DNA from: Torpedo marmorata
Taxonomy: Eukaryota
Assembly (NCBI GenBank): GCA_977017645.1
Contig: OZ360230.1
Location: 35,340,001 to 35,404,000, forward strand
DNA length: 64,000 bases
Reading direction: 5' to 3'
The notes under the pieces were generated by a model. The model saw only the letters and a program-made list of their open reading frames with translations, had not been told where the DNA came from and did no database searches. Both the position numbers and the translations under genes were made by a program. Below, one piece after another: positions 25,753-39,400 of the stretch. Positions within the stretch are counted from its first letter, which is position 1. Each line of letters starts with the position of its first letter.

Positions 25753-27272
25753 TGTACTTATATATACTTTGGGTGGGCCATCACCATTGCCTCCTGACAC
25801 ACTTTACAGCCCTCCCTTGTAGGAATAGTACTCTGGAGTGTTGAATGGAAATCCCCAACTTCCATCTGCCATGTGAAAAGTTTGCAGTAATGCAGTTGCC
25901 CAAGGTGGATTTAGCTTCATTTGAATGTTGTATCATTTCTTTGTTATGTGACACTCTACCCTGAACGTCTGTTTATTGTAACACTAGTCCCTGCACTTTT
26001 GTCTTTATCCTTGCACTACATGCTGTACTAAGTGCAGGTTATTTTGCCTGAACAGCATGCAAAACCCACGTTTTTCCATGTATCAATAACAAAGAACATT
26101 TCAATTCAGCAAGCATCCGCGTTTCATCCTCCCATCCATGTGTCCCATAACAACTTCAGAACTAAAGGCAGATAAGCAAGCCTCTCTGATTGTCATGTTT
26201 GAGCTGATCACATGCTTGTGAGAATACTGAATACAAATTTTACAAATAGAATAAAATGCCTCTAATCCTCATTTAATTCTCTACAACCGGAATGGTTATA
26301 GAGGCAACAGAACGTGGCCTGCAGGAGCTCGAAACATTAAGAAGATGACAGCTCATGCAAAGTTTTTGACTGGATGTCACATGATCATTGATTGACTTTC
26401 TGATTGCAGGACATCTTAACCCACTTCTATTTCCTTCTTTTCTTCTTCTTCCTCTGCTTGCCCTTTATGAAAGTTTCACTTTCTGCATAAAAATATTCAC
26501 TACAAGATTCACCACAAGAATGTGCATCATTATTCCATGGATTTAACGCATTTGAAAACCTTGACAACTTTGCCCCCAAACCATTGTTAGCATGTTTGAT
26601 AGAGATGTCATTGAATTTGAAAAGAATCATGGAATTTACCATGAAGATGTATTGAATTTTGTGAGTGAAGTGGACGTCAACTGATGTTTGCAAGATGTGA
26701 AAAACAGAAGTGAAGGATCACTGTTTTCCTCATAAGGTATTAAAGGCATGAATCTGGATATACCGTGAACAATTTCCAAAAATGCGGATCACACAAAATC
26801 TTTGAAGTTTACAACTTTGTGAAGAATATCAATAGACTTCAAAAGAATATAAACAGGCTAGTGGAATGGGCAGGCATGTGGCAGATGAATTTTAATGCAA
26901 GAAAGGCAATATCTTACATAATGGTTGGAAGGAAGATCAAAGAGAGACAATAATAACTACAAAGCATAATTCTGAAAGGGATAGAGGAACAAACATATCT
27001 GTGGGTATATGCATAAATCATTTAAAATAGAGGCACAAAGTATACGAGTAGCATGATGAACTTCTGTAAAATGTTGACATGCTGCAGTGAGTTTTCTGTC
27101 CATTTCTGGATGCTGTACCTCAGGAAAGGTGTGAAAGTCTGAGAAACAATGCAGAAAAGATTTCCTGAAATGTTTCCAAGAATGAGTGTTACAACATTGA
27201 CCAGCAGAAATAGAAATTCACCAAGACAATGGTATCCTCAAATCAATAATTTTTATTAATAACTATTAATAA

Positions 27273-29481
27273 CACAAAATGTCCCAACATCTTTTCTCAG
27301 ACTAGGCCAATAAAATTGTTTCATCATTTTATAGATAGTTTTCTTTACCCCAGGATGACCACCTAAGGGTGTGCTATGGGCCAAGGTTAAAATCTCATCC
27401 CTATAGGCTTTAGGAACTACAACCTGGTGAACAACTGCCCATTCTTCATTGGCAGGGATATCAGGTGATCTCCACTTCCTCATTAACACACCTTCCTTGA
27501 AATAATATCCAACTGGCACTTTCTTAATTTCATCAGCAGAGAGAGCCTTATCTCTCACTTCAGTAAGATCAAGATCTCTGTTCTGCCTCTCTATAAGCTC
27601 CTTTCAAGATAATGACAAATCTTTTGGAAGGTCATTACAACCTGATTGCTGCTGTGCACTGTCACAGGCTTCTGTCCTTTCTAAATCATTTTGTGCAACA
27701 CCGTCTTCACTGGCAAGCCTTTTCGCCATTGCCCGCGTTACTGCACAAGCTGGGTATATATCCAAATCTGTCTCTATCTCATCAATGACTGGCTTATCTG
27801 TTAACTTCACTGCAGGGACAACTTTACCCTCTGCCAAATCATTTTCTAATAACAACGAAACACCGTCCACTGGCAAACTTGATCGGATCTCTATCTTAAC
27901 AGGTCCATTAACTAATTCTGATTTCAACATTATCTTGTGTAGAGGTATCGACTCTGAATCACGCCCCAAACCTCGAATCAAATTCATTTCACCCATGGCA
28001 GTCTTATCACCAAACTCCAAAACACTGTCTAACACGAGTGACTGGGTGGCCCCAATATCTGGAAGGATTTTTACTGTCACCTGTGGTGACCCTTCCCCCA
28101 ACGAAACTTTACCCTCTGACATAAAATATTTGAATTCCTTCCTAATTTTACCAGCAGGACAAGATCTTTTTTTATTTCCATGTGTTTCATCTCTTTGAAT
28201 ACAGGCATCTGGTGCTGCCTCCTTTTCTTTCTTCTTCTTTAACACAGGACAACTTGTTATTACGTGACCAGGTTTCTTAAAATAGTGGCAAAGTGGACCT
28301 GAAGGTTTTTCCTTTTCTTGTCTCCCTTCTTATTTACTCCTAGCACTACTTCCACATTTGTTTTCTAATTTATTTGGATATTCCACATTACCCTTTTGGA
28401 AAGGTCTGTTGCTTGGTACAAATTTAACTTTGTGGGTTAAAGCATACTCATCCGCTAATTTAGCAGACTCTTGCCAAGTTGCCACTCCCTTTTCATCTAA
28501 ATATGCTTTTATGTCATTAGGAACACACCTTTTTATTTCCTCAACTAATATCAACTCTTTTAGTCTGTTATAGTCACCATTTATCTCTTTTGATATGCAC
28601 CATCGGTCAAAGCACAGAGCTTTGTCATATGCAAAATCCATATCAGACTGTGTCACCGATTTTCTCAAATTCCTGACTTTTTGTCTATAAGCTCCTGGAA
28701 CCGATTCATAAGCCTTAATCACAGCTTCCTTTACAGTATCATAATTAGCGGCTTGTTGAATTGTAAGGGCAGAGTACACCTGCTGAGCCTTCCCTTTGAT
28801 TACACTCGGTAACATGAGGGACCAATGGTTTCTTGGCCATTTCAAACTCTCAGCAACTTTCTCAAAATGCTGGAAATATTTATCAATGTCAGCCTCATTA
28901 AATGGAGGAACTAACTTCACCTCCCTACTAGACATAAAACTCTCACGAGAACCAAAAGATTGATCTCCTCCTTCTCTCCTATTTCCTCTTTCAAACTCTC
29001 TTTGTTTTTCAGCTTCCTCAGCTTTATGTGTTTCTAGATCTATCAAAAACTGCCTTTGTTCTCTTTCAAACTGCCTTTGTCTTTTTGTTTCCTCTCTTTG
29101 TTTTTCTGCTTCCCGCACCTCTAATTTACTTTCTTCTTACTCCATCTCCAGTGCACGTAGGTCAAGCTTCTTTTGTTTCTCGGCTTCCTCCGCCTCAAAT
29201 CTCCTTTTCTCTCTGTCACTCTCAAATCAAAAATTTTCTAACTCAACCTGTTCCAACTGCTGCTCACAGGATTTACCCTGAAGAAATTGTATTAACTCCT
29301 CCTCTTCAAACTTCCCTGTTATTACATAATATTCACCTGTAACTTTCTGGATCGCTATTTTTTTCATCGACTGTTTTACCACCGCAAGTTTCAACTTTTG
29401 GGTGATAAGCAACAAGTCATTCTTTGTCACCCCCTTCAAATCTGCAAAGACTGGCAATTCCAAAAACTTCTCAATATCCAT
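27273..29481 (-). pseudogene. Disrupted gag-protease-integrase N-terminus of copy C
   Basis: ORFs 29227-29541, 28330-29118 (SCAN-like), 27604-28245 (decayed protease ILPDIGA) and 27256-27558 (AHSTPLGGH). Confidence 0.9.
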
Positions 29482-29585
29482 TGCTGCTGATTCCATACAC
29501 ACAAGCCTGTTAATTGGCTTTAAAAAAAGAAATTTAACCAAAAAAATTGAAAATTAATCGATCAATAAGTTCCAATTTTTATTAA

Positions 29586-29603
29586 ATCCCAGACGAGCCC
29601 CCA
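29586..29603 (-). promoter_or_regulatory. Primer-binding site, tRNA-Pro type
   Basis: TGGGGGCTCGTCTGGGAT, a 17/18 match to the canonical Pro PBS. Confidence 0.9.
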
Positions 29604-29606
29604 ATT

Positions 29607-29739
29607 TGTTTGGACATAGACCAGCAGCAATAGAAATTCACCAAGACAATGGTATCTTCAAAACAATATTTTTTATTAATAACTATTAATAATATAAAAT
29701 CTTACTTAACTTTAAACTTAACCCCACTATGCGCAAATG

Positions 29740-29793
<54 letters not shown>

Positions 29794-30665
29794 TGGCAGA
29801 TCCCAAACCATTAAAGTTTAGGCACAATTCTTAAGAGATGATTCATATTTAAAGTTCAGTCTTAGAAATCTTTTGTGTTGAAACTCAGTCTTTAAACTGC
29901 TATTCAAAAGTTCTCAAACTCACGAATTCTTGTAGATTTGCTTTCAGAGAAATATTTCTTCATACGAATGACTTTTTCACAAATTCCCCTCTCTTGTGTG
30001 GAGGTTTTGGAACTTGTGTTTCACACGATGATTTCATCAACCCAGGCACGGGTTAAATGAAGTAACCATCAAAATGGTTATGATCCAGAAACAAGAATGA
30101 TCTTGCTTTCTTTTACCCAGAATTGGGTCAGTCACAAGTGGCTATTACAATAGCCACAGCATCATTGCTCTCCCTGGGCAAGGAGAAGCAACAACAGTGT
30201 TCATCTCACAGAATGTCACTGCATTTTCTGACTCCAGATGAATCTGGTTCAATATTAAAAATGCTCTCTTGAAGTGGTGTAATCACATGACATGACATCA
30301 CTGCTGGCTCTTAAGTTTCATTTTCTTCAGCAAGATGAGTCAACAAGCAAATGGTCTTCTGTTTACACAGGTGCTTCTCCTTAGCAAACATTCATTGTCT
30401 TAGGTTTCAATGGATAACAATAATCAAACTGCTTAATGCTCTGAAGTAGCAGTCAAACTGTCTCTTTGAGCAAACAGGCTTCCAATGAACAATCACTAAG
30501 GTTTTTTTATAGCTTCTTGATGGAGTCTCTGCATCTGCTTCAAAATGATGTAATGCTCTGTGTGTGTGTCTTTGTGTGTTTCCCTGTTTCCAAACCCACA
30601 AAGTCTCTTTACTATTAAAATACATATTTTAACCTAAAGATTAATAATAACATAATTCTGTAACA
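29607..30665 (-). repeat. 5' LTR of copy C, containing (GT)n at ~29746-29790
   Basis: TGTT...TAACA termini, adjacent PBS and TSD. Confidence 0.9.
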
Positions 30666-30721
30666 TGAGAAACTGATAAAGTCGTGGTTTTGTTGTTGTT
30701 CTTTCTTCCCCAAACAAACAC

Positions 30722-31090
30722 AAGCTGCAGGCTGCTGGCGACTTGTGGTCAAGGGACCCACAAAGGCTGTGGGCTACTGGAGACTGGCTAATGGAAACCA
30801 GGTATCGGAATTGGGATTCGAGTGGATGCTGAGGGCAAGAAGCGCTCCCAAAGGTTCTCAGGCACTAAGTGTTCCTGATTGTATTGGAGGTTTGGATCTG
30901 GAGCTCAGGTTGCCGATGGTTTGAAACTGCCTCTGAAGGGATTCGCTTTTGCTTCTCTTTCTCATATTGTTTGGGGTGATGGGCTATGCTCATGGCAACT
31001 ATTTCTTTGCCTTACGACAATCAAAAGTTCAAGTATATCATTTATATTACATTTTTAATGTATTATTATGTGCCAATCAAAGGACCCTTT
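30722..31090 (+). mobile_element. GC-rich retroposon, diverged 3' part
   Basis: GGTTTGGATCTGGAGCTCAGGTTGCCGATGG and TTTTGCTTCTCTTTCTC match the reverse complement of 2538-2950. Confidence 0.7.
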
Positions 31091-31919
31091 GAAGTTGTGA
31101 GAAAATCTGATTATAAGTATTTAAAATCGTGAAAAGTATAGATGGATTAGATGGACGAAAACTGTTCCCATTGGTGAAAGGATTAGTTATAGATGATTGG
31201 CAAAATAACCTAAAGTGATGTGAGGAAAAACATTTGTTTTACGCAGCGAATTATAAAAGTCTGCAATAGAAATAGTGGAGGCAGATTCCATCCTGGCATT
31301 CAAAGTGAAGCTGGATAAATGGTTCAAAGGAAATGGATGTTCAGGTTGCTGGAGTGAAAATGGGAGAATGTGACTGGTTGGATTGTTGTTGCTCAGAGCT
31401 GACCATGGGCAAAAAGACTGTGATTTAGTCTCTCTCTAAAAGGATTCTGTGCTGTGTGATCAAATCAGCACCAGTAATTGGAATGGTAAATATTGTGTTC
31501 ACATGTGTAACTGGTCCTCCATGCACTCCAGGGTCATTTCAACATATCTGCAGTGAATGCTGATTGAGGATTAATTATTTCTAGTTTGATATCTTTAACA
31601 AATAAACAGGTTAAACGCAATTTGATTGGAGAACTGCCTTTTGGAAATGCAAACATTTACTTTGCTTCAATTTTCTGAAAATCCAATAAATCAGGCCCAT
31701 GGATGGGTTAAATTATGTTTCATTCCTTACAATGTGCAAAATTAATGGCAAATACCAGAATTGTCATTTAATTTCATGCTTTCTGGCTACAAATTCAACA
31801 GAATAGAAAATATTCTTTTAATGTACATGTTTGATTAATATTGGGAGAGAAAAGTTATATAAACTTATAAATTGGAGTTGTAACTGGTGTTTGTGTTGTC
31901 CAGCTGCCAGGTGGAAAAG

Positions 31920-32160
31920 CAGCACAGTTAGCGTAGCAGTTAGAGCAATGCTATCACAGCACCAGCGACCGGGTTTCGAATCCGGCGCTGTCTGTCAGGA
32001 GTTTATACATTCTCCCCGTGTCTGCATGGGTTTCCTCCGGGTGCTCCAGTTTCCTCCAACTTTACAAAGACGTACAGTTTTAGTGGATTAATTAATCACA
32101 TGGTGTATTTGGGCAGCACAGGCCAGAAGAGCCTGTTACCGTACTGTATCTCTAAATTAA
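31920..32160 (+). mobile_element. V-SINE
   Basis: tRNA-like head, V-domain, CR1-like tail. Confidence 0.8.
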
Positions 32161-32207
32161 CCAAAAATGGCGGAGAGGGGGGCAGGAGGAGGACCATGTC
32201 TTGGGGT

Positions 32208-33475
32208 TGTAACAGATGTGTTAATGTTGATATTAATATTTAAAGGTAAGTTATAGAATTATATATCTTAGTAAGGTTAATTGTGGGCTGGTACAGGGTC
32301 ACACACAGGTCACAGCACATTTGCAGAAAAAAACCATTACTGAGAGAAAGAAATTGCAGCTGGGAGTCTTTTGGAGTCACTACGTCTAAGAAGACAAAAG
32401 CCAATAATGAAACAGAAGTGCATTTAAGTGATTTAAGGACAATGTGTGTGTTTTTAAAAGCCTTATGATAGCAGCTGTTGCAAACTCAAGTGCCATTTGA
32501 GTGACATGTGCCAGACTATTCGGGGTCGTAATCACTTATAATCTTGGAACAGAGATGAGGTAAGATGTTTTTGTGGATGTAAGTGATTTTGAAGAAAGGC
32601 ATGAGGTAATGCTTTTGAAAATAAACTAAAATGGTGGTGATGTAATGTCACATGATGTCAGAGAGATATATTACTGAAGAAGAAGAGACATTTTGAAACA
32701 GACTGAACCAGACTGGAGAAACTCTGAGACTTTGGAAAGATAAAGAAACAGTTCAAGAAACTCTGACACTTTGAAAGACAAAGAAGCAATTTAAGAAACT
32801 CTGACACTTTGGAAAGACAAAGATTTAAAGTCTGAAGAACTTTGACATTCTGGAAAGACAGAATTAAGTTTGAGCAGTGATCTCTGAATGGATAAAGGTG
32901 CTGTCTCTGTGTATTATCTTTATCATAGGAAATACATAATAAGTGTTTTTTAAAATAAGTAAGACCACTTTCAAATTGTTTCTAAGAAAAGAGGACTTCA
33001 CTGTATGTTACTCCTGATTAAGAAAGAAATCATCTTGAAGATCACAGTTCCGTAACCCTAACAAGATAGGGGGAAACTTGTGAACACACTCGTATGAAGA
33101 CTATTTCTGAAAGACAACTCATCAAAAGACTTGTGAGTTTGAAAGAAATCGAATGCTCCATTCTTGCTTTATAATAACTTCTGAATCACAATTTAAAGGG
33201 ATCCTGAAGTTCAACAAAATAAGTTTGAAACTGGACTTTAAAAATTAACTTTTTCAGAATTAAGTTTTAAACTGAAATAGTTTGGACTTTAACACACACA
33301 CACATTTACATTTGCGCATAGTGGGGTTTAAATTAAAGTTAAGTTTAGAGATAAGTAATATATGCTATGTTATTAATAGTTTAAATAAAACTATTCTTTT
33401 TAATTTACCATTGTCTCGTGAATTTTCCATTGCTGTTCCTTTGTTAGTACTAACAGGGTTTGTTAGTTCGTAACA
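32208..33475 (+). mobile_element. Solo LTR related to the Gmr1-like copy C LTR
   Basis: TGTAAC...TAACA termini with GGGT on both flanks (32204-32207, 33476-33479); the last ~200 bp resemble the reverse complement of 29607-29790. Confidence 0.85.
32718..32860 (+). repeat. ~39-bp tandem repeat, 4 copies, inside the solo LTR
   Basis: GAAACTCTGACACTTTGGAAAGACAAAG-like units at 32718, 32757, 32795 and ~32837. Confidence 0.85.
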
Positions 33476-34380
33476 GGGTGCATGGTCTCAAACTCCATCA
33501 GTACATGTGTCAGTGCACCAGCATATTAAATACTGGAGATATTCTGAAAGACTCTTTATAACGGGTATTAGCCCCCACAATTAAGTGGGAAGCAAGTATT
33601 AGGTCTCTTCAGCAAATAGCATGTAGCTACCAACAAAATGTAAAGCCTGCTTTATAATGTATTAAATAAAAATTACTGCTTTGAACCCAGATGGTGCCTC
33701 ATCAAGATCATTCTGTAAAGTATGTAATGATATTTTAACCATTTTAAGAACAGTAGCCTCTGACCAACTGTTCTCTGCTGTGTTGTTGATGTATTGTTTT
33801 TGTCTAGAACTTGACAGAGCTCCGTGACTGATGCTATGCACTGGCACACAGCTGAGAAACACTGTCTTTCTTTCTGTTATTGAAAGGGCGATCAATAAGT
33901 TATAATAATGTTGAGTAGGTGGCAAAAATCTGGAGAATGGAGAGTAATTAATAATTAGCAATAATTTCCCCACTGGTGGGAAAAACCAGAACTAGGAATC
34001 ACTGATTAAAAATAAGGGCACATCTACTTAAGGCAGGAGTACAGATTATTTCTGATCAGCAATCATGTTAAATGGCAAGGCTAGTTTGATGGGCTGAGTG
34101 GCCTGCTCCTCATCCATGTTTGCTGCATGTCCAGGACAAGCCTTGGTGTAATAGCTGTTTTATGATACCTCAATGATAACTATATTTCAGGGCATAGACT
34201 CAAGGTAGCTTTACCCTTGTTTTTTTTGTGCTAATTGATCGGATAGAGTTACAAAGTTATATAATTAGCACAGAAACAGGCCCCTCCCTAATATCTCATT
34301 CCTCTAAACCAGTGCTACTAGTGTTTTTTTGGGGTTTTTTTGAATATTTTATTTTGAAATTTTTTATCCATACATGCATA

Positions 34381-35128
34381 GATATAGATTAGTGCAATAT
34401 AATTTTTTTCATCAATTATATTTAACACCTAAAAAATTAAAGAAATTTAATCCGACATTATCCGGTTTATGTTTTAGATGTAATAGAGAGGAAGGTTCTT
34501 TTGTACACTCTACATGGTTTTGTCCAAAATATATGAGTTTTGGTTGAAAGTTAAAAAGTTTTTAGATAAAGTATTAAGAATTACACTCCCAATGGATCCT
34601 ATGATATTTTTGTTTGGAGATATTAAAAGAATTAGTGTTAAGATGAAATTAAATATGTATCAAATAGAATTTTTACATATTGCTTTAGCTGTTTCTAAGA
34701 AATGCATTGCTATTACATGGAAATCTGATGTAGATTTAGGGTTAGAAACATGGCATGCAGAACTTCGTTCATGCATACCACTTGAAAAAATTACTTATAA
34801 TTTACGTAATAAATATCATTTCTTTTTGAAAATATGGAGCCCATATATAAAAACTGTTGGTTTAAGGATTTGAAGATCTCCGGATATTGGATCTGACTGG
34901 CGAACCTGTGTTCCACAATAAAATTAGCTTATAGTTGTTCTTTTTAGAGTGACATTCTCCTTACTTTATCTTTTTTCTTCTTTCTTTCTTTCTTTTCGGG
35001 AGGGTTAGGGAGGGGAGGGAGGGAGGGAGGGAGGGGGGTGAAAATGTATCACATGTAATTTGATAATTTTGCATTTTAAACTTTGTACTGTGTCATTTAA
35101 ACATTTTAAATAAAATATTTAAAAAAAA
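34381..35128 (+). mobile_element. L1 3' fragment
   Basis: ORF 34514-34873 is the ORF2 C-terminus; poly(A); TSD ATACATGCATA at 34370-34380 and 35129-35139. Confidence 0.92.
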
Positions 35129-35368
35129 ATACATGCATAATTATATAATACATAACAAGATGTCAATTTATTATTATTACACTACTTAGACACGATGGTT
35201 AAACCCCAGCCCCCCCCTCCCCCCCTCCCCCCAAACCAAAACCCCAGAAAAGAAGAAAGAAAAGAAGGAAAAGAAATAAAAGAAAAGTATGAAGAAAGAT
35301 AAAGTGACCTGGATAGTAAAAAGTCGCCACCTACATCATGGTTTTAATTAGTTACTTTTTTTTTTCTC

Positions 35369-36276
35369 TGTTACAGAATCAAACCAGCAACGACAGAAGA
35401 CGCAATGCAAAAGGGGTAAAATTGAAATTATTATTTATTAAACACAAGTAAACATATAATTTCACAACAATTAACCCCACTATAAACGTCTATCAACTCT
35501 ATTCTTATCTAAAAGGTGTATGTGTGTGTGTGTAAAGCCCAGACCATTACAGTCTGTGCCCAACCCTTATGTAAAAATGGAAAAACTTTCCCCAAAAACC
35601 CCAGGTCAGTCATAAAAAAACAAGTCAGTCAAAAAAGCAAAAGATACACAGTCCACAAGATTCACTCTCTAAGTTCAGGCTTCACTTCAGCTCTGGGTCT
35701 GGTAGAAGTACTTCTGAATGAACGTTGGAGAGAGACAATGACTGTTATGCTTACAAATACTTGTTTTCTTCTCTGATGACGTCCCCTTCTTGTAGGTTCA
35801 TAAGGATTGCAAGTTCCAGATCAGTATACCACTGATTTAGGCGTATGCTTGAATCTCACAGCTAGTCTCGCTGATCTCACGCCTGTTCTCCACAGAAATG
35901 GCTTTTCTCTCAGAATTTCTCTCTGAGACAGGAGGCCATGTGCTATTCTGTCAGTCTTTCTCTGACTTTTGCACACAAAACTGGATCTGGCTGTGTTCTG
36001 TAGCCTTGCAACTCACAACTGTCTGCTTTGCAGAGATCTGCCCCTGCTTTTTGCAGAAGTGAAACAAATGTATCTTCTTCAGCCTGTCTCTGTCTCTCTC
36101 TCTGGTCTCTCTCTGTCTGGGTACACCAGAAGTGTGCAACAATGTATCTTGTCTGGGTACACCAAGTAGCTGGGGAAGTTAACTCTTACAGTACCTGGCC
36201 CCAGTGTATACTCCAAAAGAATTCATCCTTCCTGCTAACCGTCCGCAGTCCAAATGGTCAGTCATGGTCCATAACA
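35369..36276 (-). repeat. 3' LTR of copy B
   Basis: Direct repeat of 40346-41253 at a constant offset of 4977; one mismatch seen (36188 versus 41165). Confidence 0.96.
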
Positions 36277-36288
36277 CCTCCCTCCCTC
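36277..36288 (-). promoter_or_regulatory. Polypurine tract
   Basis: GAGGGAGGGAGG on minus, abutting the 3' LTR. Confidence 0.88.
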
Positions 36289-36408
36289 AAAGGAAATTTT
36301 GGTCTGCAAGAACAAAATTTAGGAAAGTAAGTGAGGTGTCAGAATATAAACAAAATCTACAATGTTCATCCACAAATACAAAATATGAACTATTTTCATT
36401 GATAAAGT

Positions 36409-39400
36409 TTAACATCTAGAAAGACAATCAGCAATTACATTATCTCTCCCTTTTATATGAGTGATTACCAAATTATATTCTTGTAAAATTAGACTCCAAT
36501 TCAACAACCGTCGATTCTTATTTTTCATTTTACAAAGAAAAACCAATGGATTATGGTCAGTATACACTATGAGTGGTTTTTGAGCTGTACAGATATACAC
36601 ATCAAAATGTTGTAGAGCCAACACAAGAGCCAACAACTCTTTCTCTATAGTTGAATAATTCCTTTGATGATCATTGAACTTCTTCGAGAAGTAGGATACC
36701 GGATGGTCAATGTCCTCTTCGTTCTTCTTCTGTAACAGCACCGCACCCACAGCTTCATCGCTCGCATCCACGGCTAAAGAAAACGACTGTTCTAAATTAG
36801 GTGACTTAAGCACAGGTTGGTGGCATAACATGGCTTTCAATTTGACAAATGCTTCCTGACAACCTGTAGACCATACAAATTTCTCTTTCTTTCTAAGCAA
36901 ATTTGTGAGAGGGAGCGCAAGATCAGCAAAGATTTTACAGAACTTGCGGTAGTAGCCAATCATTCCCAGGAACCTCCTCAGAGTTTTCTTACCAGTTGGA
37001 ACAGGGAACTCGGAAATAGCGACAACCCTTTCCTCTACTGGCGCCAACTTCCCCTGTCCTACAACATAACTCAGAGAATTAACAGTTCCATGACCCTCTC
37101 TGAAACTGGTTCTATCTGTCTCCTCCTTACCCCTGTCAATAACCAGTACCTCTGGTACATTTTCAGTCCCTTTGTGTGGCACCTGATCAAAATATGGCTT
37201 AATCATATTCACATGACAGACCTGTGTGTCTCGTCTGCGATTAGGTGTTTCTATAACATAGGTGACATCATTAATTTTTGACTTAACTCTATAGGGTCCT
37301 GAAAATCTAGCCCTAAGAGGATTTGAATGGATGGGAAACAGAACTAATACGTTCTCACCAGGTTTAAAAGTTCTCATCTTCGCCTTTCGATCATACCAAA
37401 CCTTCATTCTCTGTTGAGTGGCCTTTAAATTCTCCTTTGCCATCTCACAAGCCCTATGTAACCGATCCTTAAATTTGGAAACATAATCTAACAGATTTAA
37501 ATGCACATCACGATTAATCCACTGTTCTTTTAATAATCTTAAAGGACCTCTCACCTCATGTCCGAAAACTAACTCGAATGGGCTAAAACCGAGTGAATCT
37601 TGGACAGACTCCCTCGCTGCAAATAACAACAAATGAACCCCCTCATCCCAATCCTTTTCCTTCTCACAACAATAGGTTCTAATCATGGTTTTCAAAGTCG
37701 AATGGAACCTCTCCAAGGCCCCTTGACTTTCTGGATGGTACGCAGAGGATACAATCTGTTTAACTCCTAGTCCATCAACCACTTGTTGGAAAACGCCTGA
37801 CATGAAATTACTGCCCTGATCTGATTGAATTTCTCTTGGCAAACCTACCAAGGTGAAAAACTTTACCATAGCCTTTACAATTGACTTTGCTTTTATGTTT
37901 CTCAGAGGAATGGCCTCTGGAAATCTGGTGGCTGCACACATAATTGTTAACAAATATTCATTCCCCGCTTTGGTTTTGGGCAATGGGCCAACACAGTCCA
38001 CAATTACTCTCGAGAAAGGCTCACTGAAAGCAGGGATAGGTTGCAAGGGTGCCACCGGGGGACCCTGATTAGGTTTACCCACCACCTGACAAGTGTGACA
38101 GGCCCGGCAAAAGCTTACAACCTCCCTTCTTAAACTGGGCCAATAAAACTGTTTCATTATCTTACTTATAGTTTTCTTCACCCCAAGATGACCACCTAAG
38201 GGTGTACTATGAGCCAAAGTTATTATTTCATCCCTATATACTTTAGGGATCACAACCTGCTGCACTACTGCCCATTCTTTATTGGCAGGAACATCACGTG
38301 GTCTCCAGTTTCTCATCAACACCCCATCTTTTTCATAATACCCTACTGGCACCTTTTTAATCTCCTCTTCAGAGAGAACCTTATCCCTCACGTCAGCAAG
38401 ATCCGGATCATCCTTTTGCCTTGCTATTAGCTCCTGTCGGGATAGTGACAAATCTGTGCCTTTAGGTGTCTTATCAGTGGATGGGTGTAACATAGGAGAT
38501 TGCTCAACCTTTTCCAGGTTTTCTTGATTATCAGTTTCTTTTTCTTTTTCCAAGTTATTTTCCACTGCCTTCTCTACAGTGACATTTTTCTTAGACATGG
38601 CCCTGGTTATGGCACATGCCGGATAAATATCAGAGTCTTTCTCTGACTTATCAATGACTGGCTTAGTGGTCATTCGCACTGCAGGAACTACTTTACCCTT
38701 GGCCAAGTCATTGCCTAACAACAGTGAGACTCCATCTACTGGCAACTCTGATCTCACTCCTATTATAACTGATCCTTCCACCAAGTCTGAGTTCAATACT
38801 ATTTTGTGCAAAGGAATGGACTCAACTTCACCACCAATTCCTTTTATTAAATTTATGTCACCGGTGTCAGTAGCTTCACAAAATTCCAAGACACTATCTA
38901 ACACAAGTGACTGAGCAGCTCCAGTATCTCGCAAGATTTTCACTGGCACTTGTTTTGATCCTGCCTTAACTGAAACAAAACCATCAGTCACAAAAGGTTT
39001 AAATACATCTTTAACTTGGTCAGTAAATTTATCTCCTTCCTGGGTGTTATGCATCTTCTCACTCTGAATACAAGCATTAGGTGTTGCATCCTTTTCTCTC
39101 TTCTTTTTCAACACTGGACAGCTTGCTATCATATGACCTTCCTTCCTACAGTAGTGGCAAATGGGACCTGAATTGTTTTCCCTTTTCCACTTTCCTTCAT
39201 CCCTTTCCTTAACACCACTTCCAAATTTACTTTCCACTTGCTTCTGATTATCCACCGTGACCTTTTGGAAAATTCTACCTGACGTCCACTTAGGCTTGTG
39301 TGTTAAAGCATATCCATCTGCCAACTTAGCTGAATCTCGCCAAGTTTTCACCTCCTTTTCATCTAAGTATACCTTAATATCCTCAGGAACACACCTTTTT

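Larger units (their letters stand above)
27187..30665 (-). mobile_element. Gmr1-like Gypsy element, copy C (distinct family, internally deleted)
   Basis: TSD TGAG at 27183-27186 and 30666-30669. 5' LTR 29607-30665; only 86 bp of the 3' LTR remain (27187-27272), fused to the integrase zinc-finger region. Confidence 0.92.
26800..31420 (+). mobile_element. Old CR1 LINE 3' region, interrupted by Gmr1-like copy C and a retroposon fragment
   Basis: LQKNINRLVEWAGMWQMNFNA resembles the CR1 RT C-terminus; CR1-like 3' sequence resumes after 31090. Confidence 0.7.

Noticed and set aside
26427-26693. 88-aa ORF ending in a basic KKKKRRK tract
   Set aside because: The basic tract comes from a (CTT)n-like run; no recognisable family or splice context.
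32718-32860. Regularly spaced repeats resembling a CRISPR array
   Set aside because: Head-to-tail repeats without unique spacers, inside an LTR, in eukaryotic DNA with no cas genes.
33662-33973. 103-aa ORF in non-repetitive-looking sequence
   Set aside because: GTG start, no motif, and a length compatible with chance.
35369-36276. Near-identical 908-bp repeat as a segmental duplication or assembly artefact
   Set aside because: TG..CA ends, TSD, PBS and PPT identify the pair as LTRs.
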